Below, piece after piece: positions 1 to 8,570 of a stretch of DNA of 64,000 bases. The translations under genes were made by a program, and so were the position numbers. Numbering within the stretch: the stretch's first letter is position 1; each line of letters starts with the position of its first letter. The stretch comes from an uncultured Nitrospiraceae bacterium (GTDB taxonomy: Bacteria; Nitrospirota; Thermodesulfovibrionia; Thermodesulfovibrionales; UBA6898), in assembly GCA_963811165.1 (NCBI GenBank), contig CAWEQH010000004.1, forward strand, positions 448,001-512,000, written 5' to 3'. The notes under the pieces were generated by a model that did not search any database, was not told the DNA's origin, and was given only the letters and a program-made list of their open reading frames with translations.

Positions 1-1
1 C

Positions 2-2179
2 GGTCCCAAGAACCTGGGAAACAGGATCGCTGGAGAGGTCCTGCTCGATCATGTGATAGGCACCGGCGAGCCTCCATTTCTGACCGATTACGACATCAAT
101 CTTATCGGCGAATATAACATAGCCGGCGACCTCCGGCTGGTAGAGCCGGTCCTTAAAGCGGCGGGCATCAACATCCTTTCGAGGATAACGGGTGATGCTA
201 CATTTAACGAAATCACCTATGCCCACAGGGCAAAGCTCAATGTCGTCGTCTGTAGCAGGGCCCTGATAAATGTGGCCAGGGAGATGGAAAAAAGATATGG
301 CATTCCCTTTGTCGAGGTCTCGTTCTTCGGTAAAACCGAGATGTCGAAGGCGATTAGAATGATTGTAGGGGCGTATCGCGATACGCCCGCATACCAAAGC
401 CTGGCAGACAAAGCCGAATCCGTCATCGAGGGGGAAGAAGGAAGACTCGATGGAAGACTGAAATCTTTCGAACACCTCAAAGGGAAAAAGGCAGTCCTCT
501 ATACGGGCGGCGTGAAAAGCTGGTCTTTTATTTCGGCCCTCATGGATTTGGGAATAGAGATAAAGGCTGTCGGGACTAAAAAAAGCAGCGTCGAAGATGA
601 AGAAAAGATGAAGCGGATACTCGGTGAAGACGCGCCCCTTATCGAAGACACGACACCCGGGAACCTCCTTAGGCTCTTGAGGGAGAATGAGGCCGACCTG
701 CTTGTCGCAGGCGGAAGAAACCAGTACCTGGGAATAAAAGAGGGATATCCCTTTATAGACGTCAACCAGGAGAGGCATACTGCCTATGCGGGATATGACG
801 GTCTTCTGAATCTGGCAAAACAGATCAGCGACGCCATGAGGTTTTATGGCCGTCAGCGGGCGGCTGCAGGCTGGCCAGGTATAGCAAAAAAAGTAAGAGA
901 CGAAGGCCATAAGGCGAACACGGATAGCTGTCTTATCGATCCCCTGAAACATTCTCAGTCCATAGGCGCTGCAATGGCCTTTCAGGGCGTGCATAATGCG
1001 CTCCCGATAATTCACGGCGCACAGGGCTGCACGTTTCTCGGCAAGGTCCTCCTGACGAAGCATTTCAGGGAGCCTATTGCGCTTGCAGGCACAAAGCTCT
1101 TCGCTGAAGACGTGATCATGGGCAGCGACGAAAAATTATCAAAAACAATAGACGGGGTCATCTCGAAAAACAGTCCCGAGGTGATTGCGGTGCTGAGTTC
1201 GGGCCTGTCGGAAGTGCGCGGTGACGATGTCAGTGAAATCGTAAAGAAGTTCCGGCAGACGTCGGAGGCAAGAGTCCTGCACGTCCCGACACCCGATTAT
1301 GAGGGGGGGCTTGAAACGGGTTATGCAAGGGCAGTGGAGGAAATGGTGCGTCTGGCCTTTGAGTTATGTCCTTCTCACTCCGCTTCAAAAGCGAACGGCC
1401 GGATTAATGTGCTTGTGGGCTCGCATCTGACGCCTGCTGATTTTACGGAACTAAGAGAGATCATCGGGTCCTTCGGACTAAGGCCGATCATGCTTCCCGA
1501 CCTTTCGGCCTTAGATGGAAGCAGGGTGGGTATTTCCCCCATTGCAAAGGGCGGCACTTCGAAAGAGGAGATCGCGCTTCTGGCGTCCTCGGAATTTACC
1601 ATTGCTATCGGGGCCAGTATGGAAGGTCCCGCAAAGCTCATAAAAGAGAAATTCAATATCGAATACAGGGTTTTCGAAAGTCTTACCGGACTCAGGGACA
1701 CGGATGTGTTTATGAAAACGATTTCCTTACTGGGCGGAAAGCCCATGGCCCCTAAATACGAAAGACAGAGAAGGGTCCTAGCAGACGGAATGAGGGACGC
1801 CCATTTCTATTTCGGGGGCAAGCGCATAGGCATCGCCCTGGAGCCGGACCTTGCGCTTCAGACATCGGCATGGCTCGATGAAATGGGGGCGAAGATAAAA
1901 ATTGTGGTGCTGCCGCAGTCTTCGAAGGCCGCCGATAAGATCCCGGCTGAAGATGTGGTTATAGGAGGACTCTCCGGGATTAAAGGCGGGCTGGACGTCC
2001 TGATCTCAAACTCGCATGCCGAAGACGCGGCAGGCAGGCTCGGCGTGCCGCTTTATCAGACTGGGTTTCCCGTCTATAAAGTCATCGGCAATACCGCAAA
2101 GGTGACCATAGGGTATGGCGGCACGCATGCCGTCATTAATGAAGTTGCTAACCTTCTTATCAGGGGAGGACATTCATGA
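2..2179 (+). CDS. nifEN: Fused nitrogenase FeMo-cofactor scaffold NifEN (5' end outside window)
   Basis: Frame is open from base 2 (GPKNLGNRIAGEVLLDHVIG). NifE motifs (INLIGEYNIAGD, YTGGVKSWS, DVNQERH) run in frame into the NifN N-terminus (DPLKHSQSIGA, HGAQGCT). Confidence 0.93.
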   Translation, partial: GPKNLGNRIAGEVLLDHVIGTGEPPFLTDYDINLIGEYNIAGDLRLVEPVLKAAGINILSRITGDATFNEITYAHRAKLNVVVCSRALINVAREMEKRYGIPFVEVSFFGKTEMSKAIRMIVGAYRDTPAYQSLADKAESVIEGEEGRLDGRLKSFEHLKGKKAVLYTGGVKSWSFISALMDLGIEIKAVGTKKSSVEDEEKMKRILGEDAPLIEDTTPGNLLRLLRENEADLLVAGGRNQYLGIKEGYPFIDVNQERHTAYAGYDGLLNLAKQISDAMRFYGRQRAAAGWPGIAKKVRDEGHKANTDSCLIDPLKHSQSIGAAMAFQGVHNALPIIHGAQGCTFLGKVLLTKHFREPIALAGTKLFAEDVIMGSDEKLSKTIDGVISKNSPEVIAVLSSGLSEVRGDDVSEIVKKFRQTSEARVLHVPTPDYEGGLETGYARAVEEMVRLAFELCPSHSASKANGRINVLVGSHLTPADFTELREIIGSFGLRPIMLPDLSALDGSRVGISPIAKGGTSKEEIALLASSEFTIAIGASMEGPAKLIKEKFNIEYRVFESLTGLRDTDVFMKTISLLGGKPMAPKYERQRRVLADGMRDAHFYFGGKRIGIALEPDLALQTSAWLDEMGAKIKIVVLPQSSKAADKIPAEDVVIGGLSGIKGGLDVLISNSHAEDAAGRLGVPLYQTGFPVYKVIGNTAKVTIGYGGTHAVINEVANLLIRGGHS

Positions 2180-3333
2180 TAAATCTCAAACGCAGTATAA
2201 GTCATTTGATGTGGGACATCTCAGGGGCCTTCGGCGATATAGGCGTCATGCTTCCGATTGCGCTGGTCCTGATCGGTAAAAACGGGTTCAACCCCACGGC
2301 GCTTTTCCTGAGTGCCGGACTTTTCTATATACTGGCCGCCTATTATTTTAAGGTCACCATGCCGGTTCAGCCGCTTAAGGCGATGTCTGCAATAGCGATC
2401 ACGGCCGGTCTCGGTCCGGACGTCATCAATGCGGCAGGGATAATGATCGGAGTCGTCTTTCTCCTTATCGCTTTCACGGGGCTGGGAAAAAGACTCGGAG
2501 GTTTCTTTCCTGTGCCGGTGGTCCGTGGGATACAGTTAGGACTGGGGCTCATGCTTATAAAAACTTCGGCGGGTCTTCTGAGTGCCGATTATATTACTGC
2601 TGCCGTGGCCTGTACAATCCTCATCCTGAGTCTGTCTTTTGCCAGGAGGGTCCCGCCTCTTATCCCGATTATGATATTCGGGACGGTCATGGCCGTGCTC
2701 AATGCCAAGGCAGCGTCTTTCGGGCCGGTCGGGCTTAAGGTATCGCTGCCGGAAGGGCATAATTTATGGATAGGGCTTACCGTACTGGTATTTCCGCAGC
2801 TGGCCCTGTCTTTTGGAAATGCGATCGTCGCTGCTGAGGCCACAGGGAAAATGCTTTACGGGGAAAGGGCGAGACGCCTGACGCTAAAGAGCATACCGTT
2901 AAGTATGGGAATAGCCAATGTTATCTCAGGCATCATTGGAGGCGTCCCGATGTGTCACGGCTCAGGCGGGTTTACCGCGCATGCTAAGTTCGGGGCGAAA
3001 AGGGAGACCTCTGGCTATATAATCGGGCTGGTGCTCATCGCAATCGCCCTTGTCCTGGGCAGATCCGGGCCTGCGGTTCTGTCGGTATTCCCCCTCGGTA
3101 TCCTGGGGGTGCTCCTTTGCTATGTCGGCATACAGCATGCATTTTACGTAAAGGACATCAGAGGCGATAAAAAGGCATTGGCGGTGGCCCTTTCGGTCGC
3201 CGCAATCAGTCTTCTTACGAACAACCTGACCACGGGCTTCATGGCAGGCATAGGACTCTACTATTGCCTTAGCTGGAGGCCGGGCGGCATAGGGCGTGCG
3301 GTGAAACAAACCTCGAGTGAGGCACGTTTATGA
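2176..3333 (+). CDS. MOT1-family (putative sulfate/molybdate) transporter
   Basis: Polytopic membrane protein with GAFGDIG, MPVQPLKAM and PMCHGSGG motifs; ATGA overlap with nifEN. Confidence 0.85.
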   Translation: MINLKRSISHLMWDISGAFGDIGVMLPIALVLIGKNGFNPTALFLSAGLFYILAAYYFKVTMPVQPLKAMSAIAITAGLGPDVINAAGIMIGVVFLLIAFTGLGKRLGGFFPVPVVRGIQLGLGLMLIKTSAGLLSADYITAAVACTILILSLSFARRVPPLIPIMIFGTVMAVLNAKAASFGPVGLKVSLPEGHNLWIGLTVLVFPQLALSFGNAIVAAEATGKMLYGERARRLTLKSIPLSMGIANVISGIIGGVPMCHGSGGFTAHAKFGAKRETSGYIIGLVLIAIALVLGRSGPAVLSVFPLGILGVLLCYVGIQHAFYVKDIRGDKKALAVALSVAAISLLTNNLTTGFMAGIGLYYCLSWRPGGIGRAVKQTSSEARL

Positions 3334-3390
3334 AAAGTGTAAGACCCTGTCATTCGTCAGTGTCTGACGGGTAAGGAAAGGAGGTTCAAA

Positions 3391-3798
3391 GTGATAAAAA
3401 TTGCATTTGCAACAACTGACGGCGTAGAGGTGAATGAACACTTCGGGAGGGCCGGGGCATTCGCGATCTACGATCTGACGACGGACGGCTTTGCCTTCAG
3501 GGAGATGAGGAAGTTTGCCGAAGGACGCGACACTAATATCGAGGAGACAAAGGGAGCTGGCGCTCTGCACGATGACCTTGTTGAGAAAAAAGTCAAAAGG
3601 CTTTCTGACTGCAAGATAGTCTACCTCACTGAAATCGGCGGCCCTTCTGCGTCACGCCTCATAAGAAGAGGCATAATGCCGATAAAGGTCAAGAGCGTTG
3701 TCACCATAAAAGAATCGCTCGAAAAGTTACTTGAGATGATCAGGACCTCTCCGCCGCCATGGCTGAGGAAGGAACTGAAAATCAAGGATGAAGAATAA
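3391..3798 (+). CDS. nifX: Nitrogen fixation protein NifX
   Basis: KIAFATTDGVEVNEHFGRA and IGGPSASRL motifs; GGAGG RBS before GTG. Confidence 0.9.
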   Translation: MIKIAFATTDGVEVNEHFGRAGAFAIYDLTTDGFAFREMRKFAEGRDTNIEETKGAGALHDDLVEKKVKRLSDCKIVYLTEIGGPSASRLIRRGIMPIKVKSVVTIKESLEKLLEMIRTSPPPWLRKELKIKDEE

Positions 3799-3870
3799 CC
3801 AAAAGACGCGGCGATCGTGGTCTTTTGTATCACCGATTGATACTATACAAACCATTGAGGAGGAAACAAG

Positions 3871-4188
3871 ATGAAGATGATAAGGGCGTTCATAAGGCCG
3901 GAAAAGGAACAGGAAGTGGTATTGGCTCTTGAGGGGGCGGGCTTTCCGTCTCTGACGAAGATGCCGGTATTCGGCAGGGGAAAACAGAAGGGACTTCAGG
4001 TCGGTCCCGTGCATTATGATGAATTACCGAAGACGCTCGTGATGATGGTGGTTCATGACGCCGAGGTGGACAAGGTCGTCGGCCTTATCTCAGGGAAGGC
4101 GCGGACCGGTTTTATCGGCGACGGAAAGATATTCGTCAGCCCAGTGGAATCTTCTTACACCGTAAGGACTGGAGAGGCGGTTTTATGA
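3871..4188 (+). CDS. nifI1: P-II family nitrogenase regulator NifI1
   Basis: P-II motifs GRGKQKG, YDELPK, GDGKIFV; first of a tandem pair inside a nif cluster. Confidence 0.88.
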   Translation: MKMIRAFIRPEKEQEVVLALEGAGFPSLTKMPVFGRGKQKGLQVGPVHYDELPKTLVMMVVHDAEVDKVVGLISGKARTGFIGDGKIFVSPVESSYTVRTGEAVL

Positions 4189-4601
4189 AAGAGATCACGG
4201 CAATTATCAGGAGGGACAAACTCCCCGAGACTAAAAAGGTCCTTGAAGACCTGGGTTATCCGTCACTGACGATTCAGAGCGTCGACGGCAGAGGCAGACA
4301 AAGAGGGGCCATGTGCGCCGAGATGGACTCGGAGATGCCTGAAAGTTATTGTACGGCGGTCAAGCTTAAACCGACGCCTTCGGCGTATGCACTGGAGCAT
4401 ACACTTCCGAAGGTCGCCCTCTTTGTGCCCAAAAGGTTGCTCACTGTCGTTGTCCCCGATGACGTGGTGACCAAGATCGTTAAGTCGATCATCAAGGTCA
4501 ATCAGACCGGAAGAAACGGTGACGGGAAGATTTTCGTCGCCCCGATCGAAAGTGCGGTAAGGGTGAGGACCGGGGAAAAAGGCGGCGAGGCTATTGCGTA
4601 A
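4185..4601 (+). CDS. nifI2: P-II family nitrogenase regulator NifI2
   Basis: MKEITAIIR...GRGRQRG, long T-loop, PKRLL, GDGKIFV; overlaps the nifI1 stop. Confidence 0.85.
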   Translation: MKEITAIIRRDKLPETKKVLEDLGYPSLTIQSVDGRGRQRGAMCAEMDSEMPESYCTAVKLKPTPSAYALEHTLPKVALFVPKRLLTVVVPDDVVTKIVKSIIKVNQTGRNGDGKIFVAPIESAVRVRTGEKGGEAIA

Positions 4602-4609
4602 GAAACGGC

Positions 4610-4694
4610 AGACAAAGGGTAAGGTTCAGGTTCAGGAAGAAGGAAATACGTTAGACCATGCGTGCTTATCCTTAATCTCAGCCTTAGCCTGTCT
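4610..4694. repeat. Imperfect inverted repeat built of hexamer units
   Basis: AGACA..GGTAAGGTTCAGGTTCAGGA at 4610-4637 versus CCTTAATCTCAGCCTTAGCCTGTCT at 4670-4694. Confidence 0.5.
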
Positions 4695-4711
4695 TTATCA
4701 AAGGAGGAACT

Positions 4712-4987
4712 ATGCCTATTATCGGATATACGCGGGGCGGAACCGAATGGACGCCTAAGTTTATTGAATCGATCGATGTCGAAAAATGTATCGGCTGCGG
4801 ACGCTGTTTTAAGGTCTGCAGCCGGGACGTCCTCGAGCTTATCGAAAAACCCTTTGAGGGGGAGGACGAATACGGCGATGACATGGGAAACAAGGTGATG
4901 TCGGTCTCGCATCCCGAAAATTGCATCGGTTGCGAGGCCTGCTCAAAGACGTGCACCAAGAAGTGCCATGTGCACGTGGAAACATAA
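4712..4987 (+). CDS. fdxB: Nif-specific ferredoxin III, 2[4Fe-4S]
   Basis: TRGGTEWTPKF N-terminus; CIGCGRCFKVC and CIGCEACSKTC motifs; AGGAGG RBS. Confidence 0.9.
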   Translation: MPIIGYTRGGTEWTPKFIESIDVEKCIGCGRCFKVCSRDVLELIEKPFEGEDEYGDDMGNKVMSVSHPENCIGCEACSKTCTKKCHVHVET

Positions 4988-5099
4988 ACCTATTTCTTCA
5001 TCCTCCCCTTACCTCAAGGGGAGGGCGGGGGAGTTACTTCGGCCAACTGCATCCCCGCGCACATATTTGTGTCTGATGGGGGAATATGGGAGCACGGTG

Positions 5100-5552
5100 A
5101 TGAACTTTACTATTAGGCCCGCGAGGGCCTCTGACATACCCGGGATGTGCGATCTCCTGGCCGAGCTTTTTTCGATAGAGTCGGATTTCTGCGCCGACCG
5201 AAAGAGGCAGTCCCGCGGGCTCGAACTTTTGCTTTGTGACACATCCGGCGCATCAATCGTTTTTGTTGCGGAGAAAGGCGATGAAATCGCCGGCATGTGC
5301 TCGGTACAGATATTGATTTCGACGGCGGAAGGAGGGCCCGTCGGCCTGCTTGAAGACCTGGTCGTCAAGAGCAAATACAGGGGCAATGGCATCGGAACAA
5401 GACTTCTTTCCGAAATCGTCGGCTGGTCTGCAAAGAAGAATTTGTCCAGACTCCAGTTGCTAAGGGACACGGACAATATCGGGGCCCTGAAATTCTATGC
5501 CGGCAACGACTGGAACGATACAAAGCTTATCTGCATGAGAAGACATCTCTAG
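5100..5552 (+). CDS. GNAT family N-acetyltransferase
   Basis: IRPARASDI start, YRGNGIGTRLL acetyl-CoA motif, NIGALKFY; start set at ATG 5100 after GGAG. Confidence 0.85.
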   Translation: MNFTIRPARASDIPGMCDLLAELFSIESDFCADRKRQSRGLELLLCDTSGASIVFVAEKGDEIAGMCSVQILISTAEGGPVGLLEDLVVKSKYRGNGIGTRLLSEIVGWSAKKNLSRLQLLRDTDNIGALKFYAGNDWNDTKLICMRRHL

Positions 5553-5596
5553 AGGTTTTACTAATAGGATCGAAAGTAAAGCTACATCGCTTATTT

Positions 5597-5823
5597 TGTC
5601 ATTCCGGCTTGTCCGGAATCGTTCTTGGGTCCCCTGCATGGAGGTGTGCAGGGGTGGGTTTGTTTCAGAAGGATTCCCGGCGCGCTTCGCTTGCGGGAAT
5701 CGACATGAGCTGTTGGCTCGCAAAGGAGTATGAAAATGACCCATGTCCGTCATACCGGTGAAAGCCGGTATCCAGTGACGTTGCCTTAAAGTCGCTGGAT
5801 TCCGGGTCAAGCCCGGAATGACG
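5597..5823. repeat. Two tandem REP-like palindromic elements (GTCATTCC...GGAATGAC type)
   Basis: TGTCATTCCGG...GCGGGAATCGACA (5597-5705) and CGTCATACCGG...CCGGAATGACG (5748-5823), both with internal hairpins. Confidence 0.75.
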
Positions 5824-6004
5824 ACTCTTGGACGCCATTTTCGGGTCGATGACAAAAGGAGAGATTTTATTTTGTGAATGCCTTAGTCCCTTAGACTTGC
5901 CGCAGCCGCAAAGACCAACAATATTGTAGGAAATCTCACTAAATTGAATGGCTGCCAATACCGTTTCCAAAGAATATTCCCTGTGTTTCGGCCTCTCTTT
6001 GTCC

Positions 6005-6020
6005 TGGCAGAACTATTGCT
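6005..6020 (+). promoter_or_regulatory. Sigma-54 (-24/-12) promoter of nifB
   Basis: TGGCAGAACTATTGCT has GG-N10-GC spacing and ends 34 nt before the nifB ATG; NifA-UAS-like TGT-N10-ACT at 5925-5940. Confidence 0.75.
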
Positions 6021-6054
6021 AAACAAAGTGGCATACGAATGGAAGGAGAGGACA

Positions 6055-6948
6055 ATGAACAAGATAAAGGCGTTCCATGGAAGCGATATCAAAAATACAC
6101 ATCCATGTTTTTCAAAAGAGGCACATCATAAGTTCGGCAGGGTGCACCTTCCCGTCGCTCCTGCATGCAACATCCAGTGCAGGTATTGCATACGTAAATA
6201 TGATTGCGCCAATGAATCGAGACCGGGCATAACGAGCAATGTATTGACCCCTTCGGAGGCCCTCGAAAGGGTGAGCGCAATCGTCGGGCGCAATGACCGG
6301 ATCAGTGTCATCGGGGTGGCGGGTCCCGGGGACCCCCTGGCCAATGACATGACGTTTGAGGCCATGAGTTCCATAAACCGTGAATTCCCGGAGCTGACCC
6401 TCTGTCTCTCGACAAACGGCCTGCTTCTTACGGAGCGGCTCGAAGACATAATAAGATCGGGCGTCAGGAGTCTCACGATCACGATGAATGCCGTTACAAC
6501 GGAAACCGCGGAAAAGATCTATTCGCGGGTCTCATACAGGGGCCGGCAATATACCGGCAGGGAGGCCGCCGAAATTCTCGTCGCCAATCAGTCGCGGGGC
6601 CTTAGAAACGCGGTGGATGCGGGACTTATGGTAAAGGTCAACACGGTCTACATCCCCGGGGTCAATGACGTTGAAATTCCACTGATCGCCTGGCAAGCCG
6701 GCGAGCGGGGAGCAGATATCATGAACATCATGCCCCTTATCCCGCAGGCGGAATTCGAAGGGTTCAGCAGGCCGTCTCAGGAGATGATAAAAAGTATGCG
6801 CAGTGAATGCGGGAAATTCATCTCCCAGATGACCCATTGCAGACAGTGCAGGGCGGATGCTTTCGGTATCTTGGGCGAGGACAAGGACATGGAACTCGAG
6901 GTATTAAACTCAAGGATCGGCGAGGACTACTGCGACATGGTCGTCTGA
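6055..6948 (+). CDS. nifB: NifB radical SAM protein (single domain, no NifX-like tail)
   Basis: HPCFS, CNIQCRYC, NESRPG, AGPGDPLAN and HCRQCRADA motifs; AAGGAG RBS before ATG 6055. Confidence 0.92.
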   Translation: MNKIKAFHGSDIKNTHPCFSKEAHHKFGRVHLPVAPACNIQCRYCIRKYDCANESRPGITSNVLTPSEALERVSAIVGRNDRISVIGVAGPGDPLANDMTFEAMSSINREFPELTLCLSTNGLLLTERLEDIIRSGVRSLTITMNAVTTETAEKIYSRVSYRGRQYTGREAAEILVANQSRGLRNAVDAGLMVKVNTVYIPGVNDVEIPLIAWQAGERGADIMNIMPLIPQAEFEGFSRPSQEMIKSMRSECGKFISQMTHCRQCRADAFGILGEDKDMELEVLNSRIGEDYCDMVV

Positions 6949-6971
6949 GCAGGATTAATTTATGCGGGCAT

Positions 6972-7087
6972 CGCATGGGACTGTATTTTCGCTCATTCTC
7001 GTCCCTGCGGGACTCCGAGGCAATTTCTCGACTCGCACAGGCGAGTCACTACGAGAAATTGAAGCCGCTCAAATTCAATCCCATACG
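6972..7087. repeat. Structured intergenic element, copy 1
   Basis: Outer stem, TTCGCTCATTCTCG, hairpin, TCCGAGG, bulged hairpin, GCCGCT; same architecture at 12977-13108. Confidence 0.7.
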
Positions 7088-7154
7088 TTATTGTGATCAA
7101 GGTCAGGGATAGGAATAAAATGGCCTTTGGATATGAAGAGGAGGTTGTAAGGTC

Positions 7155-7941
7155 ATGACAAAAGGATCGGCGCTCGAACTGCCGGATGCGTTACTAAGCG
7201 AAAGGGAGCTTGAAAGGTATAAAAGACAGTTGCTGCTTGGCGGTTTTACTATGGACCATCAGCGGAAGCTCAGGAATGCCTCGGCCCTTATCGCAGGGAT
7301 CGGCGGGCTGGGAGGCACAGCAGCGGTCTACCTAGCAGTGGCGGGCATAGGGAAAATGGTGCTGGCGCATTACGGCAACCTCACTCTTTCTAATATGAAC
7401 CGGCAGATATTGATGAAGAATGACCTGATCGGAGGCAGCAGGGTGGACCAGGCGAAGAAGACCCTGACTGATATCAATCCGGACGTGGAGATCGAGATTT
7501 ATAATGAGAGGACGACCGAAGACAACGTCGACTCGCTTCTTTCGAAGACCGATATCGCGCTTTCTGCGCGGCCCAACTTCGATGAGAGGCGGACCCTCAA
7601 TAACGCCTGCATAAGGAAAAACATCCCGATGGTGGAGGCGGCAATGAACGGGATGGAGGGATATATCTTTAACGTCGTTCCCGGCAAGACCCCCTGCCTG
7701 TCCTGTATATATCCGGAAAGCGACCCCGGATGGAAAGAGCTCGGGTTCCCTGTCTTAGGCGCGGTATCGGGAATGCTCGGCTGTATGATGGCGATCGAAA
7801 CGATCAAGCTCCTGACCGGTTTCGGGAAACCGCTTCTTTCTAAAATGCTCGTATTTAACACTATAGACCATGGAGTTCAGAAAGCTCCGCATAAGGAGAG
7901 ACGACAGCTGCAGTGTCTGTGGAACAAGGTGGGGAGGATGA
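7155..7941 (+). CDS. hesA: HesA/MoeB/ThiF family protein (apparent frameshift near 7869)
   Basis: RYKRQ, GIGGLG, LSNMNRQ and CLSC motifs; the second CxxC (MEFRKLRIRRDDSCSVC) lies in a shifted frame ending TGA 7941. Confidence 0.85.
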
Positions 7942-7998
7942 AGCGGGTTTATTTTTAGACATGCCATAAGCATGAAAACTGAGACTCGAAGAGGGCGC

Positions 7999-8253
7999 CT
8001 ACTTGCGCTTGCCCGCCCGACCCTTGTGCAGGAAATCGTATCCATTGCCCGTAAGAACCAAGCCGGTGTTCCCCTCCGCCAGATATCCCTTGTCTATCAG
8101 TTCTTCCACCGCAATATGGAAATTGTCCTGGTGTTCCCTGTTCCATCTTATTTTTGTCGATATAAGTGCCTTCATGGTCAAATGCTCATCGGCGAGGATT
8201 CTGCAATCCAGATATAAATCCAGCAGCAACTTTGCGGTGGGGGACACCTGCAT
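7999..8253 (-). CDS. Small hypothetical protein (possible winged helix)
   Basis: AAGGAAGG RBS; ELIDKGYL...LTGNGYDFL pattern. Confidence 0.55.
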   Translation of the reverse strand: MQVSPTAKLLLDLYLDCRILADEHLTMKALISTKIRWNREHQDNFHIAVEELIDKGYLAEGNTGLVLTGNGYDFLHKGRAGKRK

Positions 8254-8570
8254 CAAGGCCTTCCTTTTTTTGCGGGTAAATACTTTGGTTATGCCTATCC
8301 GCCCTATACAAATATATGTATATCGATTTAGACGTAATGTCAATCAAGGACGTATTGGCAGGCTATACTACCATCCTCGGCCTCTGTCGCAATCCTAAAT
8401 TTTCGAAGGGGGCTGGCTGGTATCTATCGCGTAAGACACCGAAGGGATGTGTACCGATAAAGAGGGTTCAGTATCGTATTGAAATAAGAGAATAATATTT
8501 TGTAAGATATTGCGTTTCTTATATAATGATACTGTGTGTGAATAAGGGTTTTTAATACGGAGGTAGTGAC

